Shown here: one piece after another, positions 38,756-51,657 of the stretch
How the letters are laid out: the number at the start of each line of letters is the position of its first letter
How positions within the stretch are numbered: the stretch's first letter is position 1
Origin: Amphiscolops sp. MND2022
Taxonomy: Eukaryota
Assembly: GCA_964187785.1 (NCBI GenBank)
Contig: OZ076409.1
Span: 77,626,001 to 77,690,000, forward strand
Reading direction: 5' to 3'
Length of the DNA: 64,000 nucleotides
The notes under the pieces: model-generated
Database searches by the model: none
Seen by the model: the letters and a program-made list of their open reading frames with translations, nothing else
What the model was told of the DNA's origin: nothing
Made by a program: the position numbers and the translations under genes

Positions 38756-38757
38756 AT

Positions 38758-38773
38758 TGGTGCTGCGGTCACG
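38758..38773 (+). promoter_or_regulatory. Putative PBS of element D (duplicated at ~41558)
   Basis: TGGTGCTGCGGTCACG lies 2 nt after the LTR end. The tRNA is not identified. Confidence 0.6.
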
Positions 38774-38953
38774 AAAATTCTCTTTTCTCTCCCTCTAGTA
38801 CCCCAACTTCATTCTTCTTGTACATCTTTTCTCGACTTTCTCATCAGATACCTCATTGTTCGACAAAGTGTCTCACCTCCTCTCTGTATAGTACATAGCT
38901 ACCAACTCAACGTTGCAACCAATTTCTCCTGAAATTGATTCATGTTGTTATGG

Positions 38954-39090
38954 TTCTGACTGCGTCACAAAACGTAATTCCTGTCAGTTAAATTTCTTCG
39001 GATCTGACTGCGTACACAACGTTATTCCTGTAAGTTAAATTTTTCTGATTCTGACTGCGTCCTAAACGTAATTCTTGTCAGTTGAAAAGT
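38954..39090 (+). repeat. Three ~48-bp tandem repeats in the 5' leader of D (copy at ~41754-41890)
   Basis: TCTGACTGCGT..AACGT(A/T)ATTC(C/T)TGT(C/A)AGTT occurs three times. Confidence 0.8.
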
Positions 39091-42000
39091 TTTTCGTTCC
39101 AACCACCATTGATTGAATTCATCTTGGTATTTCCTTCTCTTTTTTCAGTTCCAACCGCAGACGTGCGATACGTGTTGGCCTTTCTACAGTGCTATCCAGC
39201 AATTTCTGCTGGTAAAAATACTTTGATTCTAGTTGCTTGGATCAACTTCAACGTTGGCACACCTACAATACATAAAACTACAACACTTCTTTTCATAAAC
39301 CTCTTTCGAACATTTTCAGTAAATTCTCACGACAATATTTTTCCAAAACAAAGCTTAACGGATCCAAATATTTTACATGAACATTTAAATTAATACACTA
39401 ATCCTAAATAACCTCTTATATATTTCACTATCGTACATCATATATTACAACTTCTAAAATAGAACTTCCCATCCCAATGACAAATGCCTTCAGCTGATGA
39501 TATACTTAGGTTCATCATTTTTTTTGTTTCGCTTCTGCATTCCTTGCTGGTATTGCTCTTTTCTTTGACAAATTTTTACTACCTTTTAGAACCAAGTTCT
39601 AAGACACAACTCCCATCTTTATGCTTCCAAGTAAAGTACTACCTCTTTTCGGACTACTTAGTATATATCATACGTTTTATACACTTATTCCTTACATCCC
39701 GAATAAATTCCTTCTTTTTCTTTCTACAGTACTTACAATATTTTTCCAAATTGTCTTTGTCGACCAAATCATACCATATAACTATAACATTACTTCCCAA
39801 AATCTTATTATACACTACATATATCTATTACGGAAAACCTATTATTCCAAATAATCATTCAGAAACACAATGCTCCCTCCTCCATTTTTACTATCTACAG
39901 AACAACGTCAAAAACGTTCTTTAACTCAAGATGTAATACCATTTTTAAACAACATTATATTTCAATACACAAATCCACTCTCATTTGAAACAGAACCTCA
40001 AAACATACATACCAATCCTTTGGTAAGAGAACATTGTGATTCTTATCTATATTACTTCCAATACAAGACACTAGAACCTTTACGTTCACAAAATCCATTC
40101 CAAATTATTTTTAACCCAGTTCCAGGCATAAATACAGAAACATATTATAAAACAATTCACCCACAAAATATAACTTTATCTATACATGATGTTTTTATTA
40201 CTTACATGAACAAACTTATAAAACATAATGGAAATCCAGACTCAACGGTATATCATCCTTCACATCTAGAAAGTCTCAAACAGAAACATGAATATTTCGA
40301 AGTACAAGATCTTGGAACCAAGATATCACGACATAATAATCCTCCTTTTTGCTTACAACAAGATATACTACAAATTAAACAATTTCAAAACAGATTTTTT
40401 CAAAACATTATACTTAATGAAGATACAGTACCACTAATCAAAGTCTTTTCACATTTTATGTTAAAATTTTCCCGATTTCTATACCAATTAATATGGGAAC
40501 AACAAGATCAAACTGCTTACATTAACTTCCATCAAGTACTAACAGAAACTGAATTACTACCATTCTTAATTAGAAATACAAAAAACATGTACAATACAGA
40601 GAGCCTACCTCATTTAACATCACTTCTTTTGAATTATTCAATTTCGATAATAATTTCATTATAGAACATTCTGAAACATCAGATAATCGCGCATATACTA
40701 CTTCCAATCTCATTTATGAACCTTTGCTTGACGAATATAATCCTAATATATTACAACATGATACTGGACTGAATATTTTATATCCCAAACAAAATCACAC
40801 AACTTTACAACTTAATAATATACCAGACCCTTGTGACACAGCTACAATACAAAATGTATCAGAATTATCTGAGGAAACTACAAATAATCCACAAAGTATT
40901 ACAATAACTGATGATTCAAATATAGTACAAATTCCTGTTCATAACATAACACAAAATCTAATCCATGATCAAACTCGAATTGATACTACTCAAAATACAA
41001 ACCGAGACAATACTTCATCATTAAATACTCAAACACTCAGATAACTCAAGAATTTCAAACACAACAACCCTTACCACAAAATTATGACCCACCTCCACCT
41101 CATTGACAATACTCTCTTCAAAAACTACTCCACATAATTCTCCTCAACAAGGATCTTCTAATACCCAAATCACAAATAGAGTACAAATTCAAACAACAAC
41201 TCCAACAACACAAGATACACAAGATAACTTAACTAATACTTTGTGACCAAATAATTAGTAACCCATTTATTTCACCTTACTGTTGTCGCTCTTGATTAAT
41301 TAGCATGTCAATATAACTAATTGCAATCATTGATGAGTTTGTAGAATATATCTACTCAGAGAAAATTAGAATATTAACTGAAGAACGGTTTCACTTTGAA
41401 AGAAGACCTTAACTGAGATCTCAGAGATATTGCAAGATAGCTAGCTAGTCAGTCAACTTGGTACCCTAGACGAATTTCCTGTTAAGAATTGCAGACTTCT
41501 TATGTGCTCAATAAAACAAACAAGAACTACTACAACATACATTTTCAACTGCTCAATTGGTGCTGCGGTCACGAAAATTCTCTTTTCTCTCCCTCTAGTA
41601 CCCCAACTTCATTCTTCTTGTACATCTTTTCTCGACTTTCTCATCAGATACCTCATTGTTCGACAAAGTGTCTCACCTCCTCTCTGTATAGTACATAGCT
41701 ACCAACTCAACGTTGCAACCAATTTCTCCTGAAATTGATTCATGTTGTTATGGTTCTGACTGCGTCACAAAACGTAATTCCTGTCAGTTAAATTTCTTCG
41801 GATCTGACTGCGTACACAACGTTATTCCTGTAAGTTAAATTTTTCTGATTCTGACTGCGTCCTAAACGTAATTCTTGTCAGTTGAAAAGTTTTTCGTTCC
41901 AACCACCATTGATTGAATTCATCTTGGTATTTCCTTCTCTTTTTTCAGTTCCAACCGCAGACGTGCGATACGTGTTGGCCTTTCTACAGTGCTATCCAGC

Positions 42001-42283
42001 AATTTCTGCTGGTAAAAATACTTTGATTCTAGTTGCTTGGATCAACTTTAACGTTGGCACACCTACAATACATAAAACTACAACACTTCTTTTCATAAAC
42101 CTCTTTCGAACATTTTCAGTAAATTCTCACGACAATATTTTTCCAAAACAAAGCTTAACGGATCCAAATATTTTACATGAACATTTAAATTAATACACTA
42201 ATCCTAAATAACCTCTTATATATTTCACTATCGTACATCATATATTACAACTTCTAAAATAGAACTTCCCATCCCAATGACAA

Positions 42284-45200
42284 ATGCCTTCAGCTGATGA
42301 TATAGTTAGGTTCATCATTTTTTTTTGTTTCGCTTCTGCATTCCTTGCTGGTATTGCTCTTTTCTTTGACAAATTTTTACTACCTTTTAGAACCAAGTTC
42401 TAAGACACAACTCCCATCTTTATGCTTCCAAGTATAGTACTACCTCTTTTCGGACTACTTAGTATATATCATACGTTTTATACACTTATTCCTTACATCC
42501 CGAATAAATTCCTTCTTTTTCTTTCTACAGTACTTACAATATTTTTCCAAATTGTCTTTGTCGACCAAATCATACCATATAACTATAACATTACTTCCCA
42601 AAATCTTATTATACACTACATATATCTATTACGGAAAACCTATTATTCCAAATAATCATTCAGAAACACAATGCTCCCTCTTCCATTTATACTATCTACA
42701 GAACAACGTCAAAAACGTTCTTTAACTCAAGATGTAATACCATTTTTAAACAACATTATATTTCAATACACAAATCCACTCTCATTTGAAACAGAACCTC
42801 AAAACATACATACCAATCCTTTGGTAAGAGAACATTGTGATTCTTATCTATATTACTTCCAATACAAGACACTAGAACCTTTACGTTCACAAAATCCATT
42901 CCAAATTATTTTTAACCCAGTTCCAGGCATAAATACAGAAACATATTATAAAACAATTCACCCACAAAATATAACTTTATCTATACATGATGTTTTTATT
43001 ACTTACATGAACAAACTTATAAAACATAATGGAAATCCAGACTCAACGGTATATCATCCTTCACATCTAGAAAGTCTCAAACAGAAACATGAATATTTCG
43101 AAGTACAAGATCTTGGAACCAAGATATCACGACATAATAATCCTCCTTTTTGGTTACAACAAGATATACTACAAATTAAACAATTTCAAAACAGATTTTT
43201 CAAAACATTATACTTAATGAAGATACAGTACCACTAATCAAAGTCTTTTCACATTTTATGTTAAAATTTTCCCGATTTCTATACCAATTAATATGGGAAC
43301 AACAAGATCAAACTGCTTACATTAACTTCCATCAAGTACTAACAGAAACTGAATTACTACCATTCTTAATTAGAAATACAAAAAACATGTACAATACAGA
43401 GAGCCTACCTCATTTAACATCACTTCTTTTGAATTATTCAATTTCGATAATAATTTCATTATAGAACATTCTGAAACATCAGATAATCGCGCATATACTA
43501 CTTCCAATCTCATTTATGTACCTTTGCTTGACGAATATAATCCTAATATATTACAACATGATACTGGACTGAATATTTTATATCCCAAACAAAATCACAC
43601 AACTTTACAACTTAATAATATACCAGACCCTTGTGAAACAGCTACAATACAAAATGTATCAGAATTATCTGAGGAAACTACAAATAATCCACAAAGTATT
43701 ACAATAACTGATGATTCAAATATAGTACAAATTCCTGTTCATAACATAACACAAAATCTAATCCATGATCAAACTCGAATTGATACTACTCAAAATACAA
43801 ACCGAGACAATACTTCATCATTAAATACTCAAACACTCAGATAACTCAAGAATTTCAAACACAACAACCCTTACCACAAAATTATGACCCACCTCCACCT
43901 CATTGACAATACTCTCTTCAAAAACTACTCCACATAATTCTCCTCAACAAGGATCTTCTAATACCCAAATCACAAATAGAGTACAAATTCAAACAACAAC
44001 TCCAACAACACAAGATACACCAACCTCCGCGTATGCCCCAGCTCAAAATACTCGAACACAAAATATGCAAACTGCATTAACAAATACGACCCTTCATTCC
44101 AGTCCATCACCCATTTACACTACCTCTAGAAATCTCTCTAGACCTCCATTGCAAACTATTCCACCTAACCCATTATCGTATAGCCTTACTAGTACGAACC
44201 CTAACAATACACAACCAACTATAACAAACAACAACCGACTCAATACTCAAAATCCTTTTTCCAAATCTCAACAATCAAATACATCACGAAAAATGCTAAA
44301 AACACTCATTATCAGATACCTAATCCTCCTTCTACAACAATTAGAACTAATCCTCACATAAATGCTACATATACACAACCTGTTACAAATCCATCCCATA
44401 TGTCGTCAAATGTCTTCAATATACGTATGAACAATACCGCTCCTCCATATACAATACATCAGTCTTGCACAACCAACATACATAACTTCTTCTGATTCAA
44501 ACTCTGAACCTTTTAAACCCTTTGATGGCTTAGATCATAACTATACACCTGAAGAATACTTACAACATATTGAGGCACGTGTGACCTTCTCACTCGGTTT
44601 TCAACCTACGTCTGACTATGAACATTAATTTTAGCACGCTCGAATAATGGCTTTCATACAATGATCTTTAACTGGAACAGCTCTTAGCTGGTACATCCGT
44701 TTAAACGACACCTATAAACAAGATTGGCAAGCTTTTGTACAAGCCTTTAAAAAACAATTCTCATCACAGAAAAACGCTTACTATGCTCAAGTTGAAGCCC
44801 TTAACCTAACTAAAAAAGATAACGAAACAGTATGTCATTTTGCACTCAAAATTCAACAGCTAGTTGTAACGAAAACGCCTATACAATCAATTTAAATTGT
44901 AATTAAACTTTCACAGAAGGACTACCCAAAAATCTCAAAGACTTTGCTAACAAGCGACAAGTAAAACACTCCTCTACTGTTTTAGAACCTTCTATTCTTT
45001 TTCATACACTCGTAAAACTTGTTGATACCGAGGACATTGCATCAACTCACTCCATAGAACGCCGAGGTCATTGAACAAATCACTCCATCTCTGCTTGTTT
45101 CAAAAAACAACGAGATGATGAAGATAAAAGAGATGCTGATGAAAATAAAAGAGATGCTTATGCTAGGCCGAAATCTCTTCCGAAGTCTTTTGTACAGTAC

Positions 45201-48143
45201 TTTTTTCTCCCTCAAACGAAAGAACAAAAAGATATTATACACGCCATAGAAGCAGAAGTACTTCACGAAAAAATTATTATAACAAAAATACAAACTCACA
45301 AAACAGATATCGCTCTACATCCAGAGACCGATTCAGTTTAGACAAAAATACTACCCCTCCACAATACACTCGATCACGATATGACGATTATAAACGGGAT
45401 TCATGATCCTATCGCTTCCTTTACAGATCTTCGTACAGATCCCCTTATAGACATGACTCTCGCCATAGATAGAGATCATGTTCATAATCAAGAAATAACA
45501 ACAATTTTACAAGATACACATCGTCCTAAAGAACACCTTCAAGACCAAGAGATTCCAGTTACTCTAGATCACGTTCACATTCAAAAACAAGAAATAAACT
45601 TAATACAATACAACCACAAGACCAAAATGACCCAATCAACTTTGAAGTACACATGTATCACCCGACTGAAATGGCAAATGTTGTAACACCTACAAGTCGG
45701 TTCTATTGTCTTTACATACATACACCATCAAATCAAATTAAAACGAGACAACCCATCAAGATATGAAATATCACTCGTTTTAGATAGTGGTGCTTCTATA
45801 TCAGTATTTACCTATCCCACCTATATTACTAATGCAAAACTCCTCAATATCAAACAGAACAATCCACCTAATCCCTCAAAAACCTTAACTGTTGCAAATC
45901 AAACTGAAGTACCCATACTACATTATGTTACTATAACTTTAAACACAACGATAGAAGATGACTCTTGTCAATTTACAAAACCTTTTGCAGTAGCAGATAA
46001 AAAATACAATGTTCTTGGTACACCCTTCTTTGAAGAAAGGATACAGAATATAAACATACAAGATCTTACACTACAGTTTAAACACCAATCAACAGTACAC
46101 CCTAACTATACAAAAGTTACATCATTGTTATCCAAAGATTACCCAAATTTTTCATACATTCATAGAATAAATTCTAAAACACAAATACGTTTGAAACCTA
46201 AATCTTCAAAACATTGCACAATTTTAAAACCACACCACTTCTCCACTAAGATTCGTACAACATTCACTTTTATAGAAGTTTTCCCAGAAGATAAACCAGA
46301 CACCCGTGCAACTCCTATACAAAACTCTACGAATCATATTGCAACACTACCTACAGGACTTATTGGATTTATTGAAATTCCGATTACAAACGGAAAACCC
46401 AAATATCATCATGTTTATGATATTAACACTTTAATACACAATGTAACCCATACATAACATCCTGAAATAACAGAAATTATTCCACAAACTAACTACTCGT
46501 CACAATATAAAGTTGACACAGTCCCTTCCATCAATTTTCAATACACCAAGTGTACATGACAAATTCTGATATACCAACAAAAACTTCCTCTCTGTACAAT
46601 GTACAACCTACTTCACATACTTCAAAACATCGATCTTTCAATTCATTACCGTGCACTACAGAAAATCTCAACTTTATTAACAAGTTCAATTTTCAGTTCT
46701 CTGACCTTACCGATACCGAATACATTACACTTTGCAATTTATTACTTAATACAAAACATGTTATGCAACCCATAAAAATGGTGTTGGCAAAATTGCAACT
46801 CCCCTTCGAATCAGATTAAAACCCAATGCACAACTTATTACACAACGTCCTTCTAAAGTACCAATACAGAGACAAACTCAATACTCTTCTTAAAGAACTA
46901 GAAAAATATAACAATATATAACAAATTGGTTCATCTCCACACGACAAACCAGTTTATGGTACAACTTATCTAAACCCTTTCGTTTTTATACCTAAAGGAG
47001 ACTCCATTAAATACGTTTTAGATGATTCTTGGCCTACTGAACCCCTTGCTCCTCAATTAGCACGCGCAAATAAAAAGTACAAATGTGAAATAGATCTAAC
47101 AGATCTTATGTACGCATAAGCCCATGATGAAGAAACACCACTTGATGAAGAAACGATTAAATGAGCTGTTAAAAAGTTGTGTGGTGGTTTCTTTTAGAAG
47201 TTTTATTACTGACATAAGAAGTCTAAGATTTTAACAGCAGCGTCATCTTATCTTATATCTGGTAGCTAGCTAGTTCTGAGTACAATCTATTTCTGAGATC
47301 TCAGTTCTTGAAGTGCGGGAGGAAGACCGATTGTTAGGATGAATTCTCAATTTCTCCGAGTAGATATATTCTATTAACTAGGGTAGGTTTCATCAATTAA
47401 CAATGTGACAGCAACAGGATGAATCGGGGAAACTTGGTACAGGATATATTAAATGAAGTTTCTTAGCTTCCAAATTAGATTCCATTTACTAATTGCTTTG
47501 GTTAAGAGTTCAGAGTATTTCAGATTTATAGAATCGTTGAGGACATGCATCATGGCATCACATAAACTCACAAGTTTCTCCGCAGGTGATAAACTCTTCG
47601 CTTTCATACGAGGCTTCTATGGTCTTGAAGGAATGCCCAATTTTTTTTTATAAAACAAATGTCAACTTTCTTTAAAACTCTATCAGAACAAGGTTTTGCT
47701 CTTGTTTACATCGATGACAATTTACTTTCATCGAATTCTAAAGAACATAAGTTTCGACTTCTAAAACAATTGCATATCAGTAAAATTATCTCCTGGGAAA
47801 TTTTTTTTATGATCCTTAAGGTTAATTTCCTTGGACATGAAATTGGCCACAATACAATTAAACCTATCCACTCAAAAATTGCCGCTATCCACAAAATTCC
47901 TTCTCCTACTGGAAAAGTAGCTCTAATGAGTTTCATTGGCGCACTTAACTTTCACACCAAATTGATTGAAAAATTGAATATAAACCTCAAACCATTTTAC
48001 GATCTTTTACCTGAAGATACCCCATGGAAATGGACAAACGAACAAAAAACTCTTTTTCAAAAACTCAAAATGTCCCTTACTTCTGAAACAGAACTTACCA
48101 TACCAAATACCAAACATCCATTTTTCATTACAGTAGATGCTTG
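42284..48143 (+). pseudogene. gag-pol: gag-pol remnant of element D
   Basis: PFDGLDHNYTPEEYL (~44520), LDSGAS (~45780), RT ALVYIDD (47659 ORF). Many stops and frameshifts. Confidence 0.85.
47162..47562 (-). mobile_element. Solo LTR (401 bp) of a family-2 relative inserted antisense in RT of D, TSD TAAA
   Basis: Minus strand reads TGTGATGCCATGATGCATGTCCTCAA...AACAGCTCA. TAAA flanks both sides, and removal restores EETIKLTSFS. Confidence 0.88.
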
Positions 48144-49158
48144 CAGTAGACCAAAAGTGAAGAAGTTTCGAAAAGTCAAGGTTCGAGTGAGAGTTCATTT
48201 TCAACGAAAGTGAAGAGTAGAGCAGAGGCAAAAGTTGAAAAAAATTTTTGGCAATTTCAAGTTTCAAACATTAGAAAACGAGAAGTGACATTTTTTAAGA
48301 GTTCTAAAGAAAAATTTTGAAATTTTTTGGGAATGCTTTTGGGGATTAAAACAAAGGTGTAGAACATGTTTTGTAAAAGAAAAATTTTTGTCCAAAAATC
48401 TTAGAAAATTTCTTGTGCTGTAGGTAGGACTTGTGTTCTGTAAAAGATGGGTATTAGAGATATATTTTTGAAATGTATTATAGATGTAACAACATAATTA
48501 GATAAGATTAAGTCAATGTACTATACACAAGACAATAGGAGGAGCAGATAATATTGTGGTTACAAAGATAATTATCGGTAGAATTTTGAAGGGATTTTGC
48601 AATATAGGGGTAATTATAATACGATTACAGAAGATTAAGATTAGATAAGAGTATATAGCACTGAAGATTAGATAAGGGTATATAGCACTATACTGTATTA
48701 AAGTTATAATTTGATTAAAATAAGTTACAATAAGTTACAAGTTATATTTGTTAAAATTGATTATATAACTCAGTTTGAAAATTGACTCAAGTTTTGATTA
48801 CAATGTTTGAAATTTGGAGTATAGTCCATTGGAGTATGAAGGCCAGTCAAGAAGTCAGCATTAGAGGTGTGAAGACCAGTCAAGAAGTCAACATTTGAGG
48901 ATGAAGACCAGTCAAGAAGTCATCGTGGAGTGTGACGAGGACAAAGTTTGGCAACGTCGATGAACCCAAAGTGTAAATGGATGTTGTTAACCATCGTGTG
49001 TGGGTGGAGTGAAGAGTGTCAGCATGTGTAGGAGAAGTTTTTTGGAGGAGTGATCAGCAACCACATTTCAATGCATCATCGAAAGAAGATGAAAGATTTG
49101 GAGACGAAATGCAGTTGAAGAGTGAAATAGAAGTAAGTAGAAGATTTTGTTATAGAGA

Positions 49159-49611
49159 TTATTGAAAGAGAGGATTTTGCGATGGATGATGAGTTTGGTG
49201 TTGGATCGGGTCGTAGAGTTCTAATTTTTGCGTATACCCGAAATCTTTCAGCATATTATTAAAAGCGACTGTGGCTTCTTGGAGAGCAGTACGAAAATAC
49301 TGATCCTTTGAAATAAAGGAAGAATTTAGGACGAAAACAACATTAGATGCCGTTTCGCAAATGGCAATTTTAGGTCCTTGAAGATGAATCCGCGAGTATT
49401 GCTCAAAAGTGATTTTTTTCTTCTTTATTTGCGTGACATTGTAGAGTACTTTTAAGAAAGCGATGAGACATTTTGGCGTAATTTTGTTTTTGTGAATTTC
49501 AAGTGAGAGTTTGAATGCCATTGTGTGAAAAATGGCGGCTTTGAGACTATGCACTTTCGAAAACTCTGAGGTCATTGTGATAATATCGTTTGTTTCAGCA
49601 TTTGGAGCCAT
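49159..49611 (-). CDS. 150-aa accessory ORF, unknown function
   Basis: ATG in a favourable context (ATCATGG), open 150 codons, same strand as element C. Confidence 0.5.
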   Translation of the reverse strand: MAPNAETNDIITMTSEFSKVHSLKAAIFHTMAFKLSLEIHKNKITPKCLIAFLKVLYNVTQIKKKKITFEQYSRIHLQGPKIAICETASNVVFVLNSSFISKDQYFRTALQEATVAFNNMLKDFGYTQKLELYDPIQHQTHHPSQNPLFQ

Positions 49612-50031
49612 GATGACGAGGGTTGGAAGAATGCGAAGAAAGAGAAGTTGGGATGTTCTGAAAGAATTTGGATAGAGGAGGAAGAAAAATAGATGTTTCT
49701 AAAACAGAGGAAGTGTAAGAAAAATGTCAATATCAAGTCAAAGATGTACAACAAAATTTGGAGCTGGAATGTATCATATTTAGTGTTGTGCTATATTGTT
49801 TTGTATGTCTTGTATTGTAGTTGTTTTTTTGATAGAAGTAGTTATCTGTTTTACATGTACTGTAGGAAAGAATAATATACGTGAAAGATAGTCCTGAGAT
49901 TTCATTCAGAAGGAAGATTTTAATTTAAAAAGTAAGCAAAAGTAAAAATACCTTTGATATTGTGCCAAAGATGTATCATAAAATGTACCAGAGAAGAAAA
50001 ATTAAAAACTTTATATTACCTGTATAAGAGT

Positions 50032-51419
50032 TTAATGAAGATTAGTTGAGTTAAAAAGAGTAGTTATAGTTTCCAAAGCAGATTGAATTGCTTGGGATGA
50101 TTGAGTGATGCGTTGAGAGTCTAAATCGAGTGCTTGAAGGAGTTTGTGTGTTCTGTCATAACAGTGTAGTATATGTGTGAGTGTTGTGATAGGTGTTTCA
50201 GAAGAGTTTCGTTTATAGGGTTCAAGTAAATTTGTTATGTCGCGAAGTGTTCTGTTGTTTAATACAGAGGCGAGTTTGTCAGGTGCGATTTTTATAGGTG
50301 AAGCGTGTGATTTATGTTCAGTTTTTTGTTCAGCTTGTACCATGAAAGAGATAGTTTTGGCAGATATAAAGAGAAGTTCGTTGTAGGAATACGTTTGCTT
50401 GTAGAGTGCTGTATAGTACGTTCTATCTTTATCGTCAAGTGGAGAAGATAATAGGTGTTTAATAACAGTAAGAGGTTTGGCAATTTGAGTAGGAATGTTG
50501 CAAGGCAACAAAAAATCATCGTAATGTATGAGATATTCTTGAGGTACAATAAGTGGGCGTGAAGTATTGTTGTATGGAAGCAAACAGAAGTATTGTTTTA
50601 TAGGGTCATAGTTTCGAAGGTAGCCTGTTATACAGGAGTGGTCCAGAGTGTACATATTTGTCATTGTGAACGGTGATGTATATTTGTAATTGACAAAAAT
50701 GTGATTTTGTGGTTTCGTGTATTGCAGAAACTTAGTGTATGTTTGATGATGAGTAGCTCTTTGTGCTATAGAGAGAAAAGATGGAATGGATCAGATTCAT
50801 CTGTTTTGAGATCCTAGATAGACGGTCGAAGAAAATTGAATTGGAGAGAGAAAATTTTAACTCCATTATCGAGCCAATATTGGTATGGACCCATTATTTT
50901 AGAGGCAATGGATGTGAAGAAGTCTTGATTTTTGTCATATAAGCGAAATGAATAGTCAGTAGGATGCATATATAGAGAAGTTAGCTGTGCTTCAAAGACG
51001 AAATCGTCTGTAGAAAGGAGTGGGATCAAATGATCATCACGATTTGTGCACAGTGAAATTTTTGAAGGTATTGAGGGATGATATACTGGTGACGAAAGAA
51101 AGATTGGACCTTTCATAATTTCATATCGTTTATTTGGAGGAGGTGGTGTCGGTTGTGTATGATCAGTATCATCTTGTGAAGGAGTAGGTTTTGAATTTTC
51201 TTGTTCAACTTTTGTGTGTTCCATTTGTTCAAGAAAAGTTGGAGGTGTTTGTTCAGAAGTCTCAATATAGAGAACAGGAGAATCATTTGAAAGTGGTCTA
51301 GTTATAAGATCTGTTGGGGTTGCTTGTTCAAGCTGTGTTTGTAGATCAATTTGTGCTTGTGTTATTGTTTTAAAAACATCAACAATCACAGTGTTATCTA
51401 TTCCAAGAGGCCTTAGCAC
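50032..51419 (-). CDS. Accessory ORF(s) downstream of env, unknown function (201 aa + 210 aa, probably one frameshifted ORF)
   Basis: Two long same-strand ORFs in AT-rich DNA separated by ~150 nt that is readable with a frameshift. Strand composition matches gag-pol. Confidence 0.55.
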
Positions 51420-51657
51420 TTTAAAGTGAAAGTACTATAAACTACACTAACGAGTGGATTTATCAACTTTACTTGAAGAGTTTTTGAAGACGGTTATTAT
51501 TAGAGAAGTATTATTGGGCTGAGGAAGATGAACTTCTGCAAGAGTTTCGAGCGGTGGAGGAGTAGCAATTGTGAAGAGATAGTAGGCAAGTGTGCTGAAA
51601 GAGAGTTACAGAAAAACTGAGAGAGTGTTTAAGAAGATGGAGGAGGAAAAGGATAGT

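Larger units (their letters stand above)
38421..44020 (+). repeat. 2800-bp near-identical tandem duplication within element D
   Basis: AAGATAACTTAACTAATACT at 38421 and 41221. Identical ORFs offset by 2800 (38689/41489, 39082/41882). Confidence 0.95.
38292..48143 (+). mobile_element. Element D: decayed, 3'-truncated Gypsy-type element, family 2
   Basis: LTR, PBS, and gag-PR-RT fragments homologous to element C (MLPPPFLLSTEQRQ vs MLPTPFTFTTEKRQ). Stops at the start of RNase H (FFITVDA). Confidence 0.88.
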
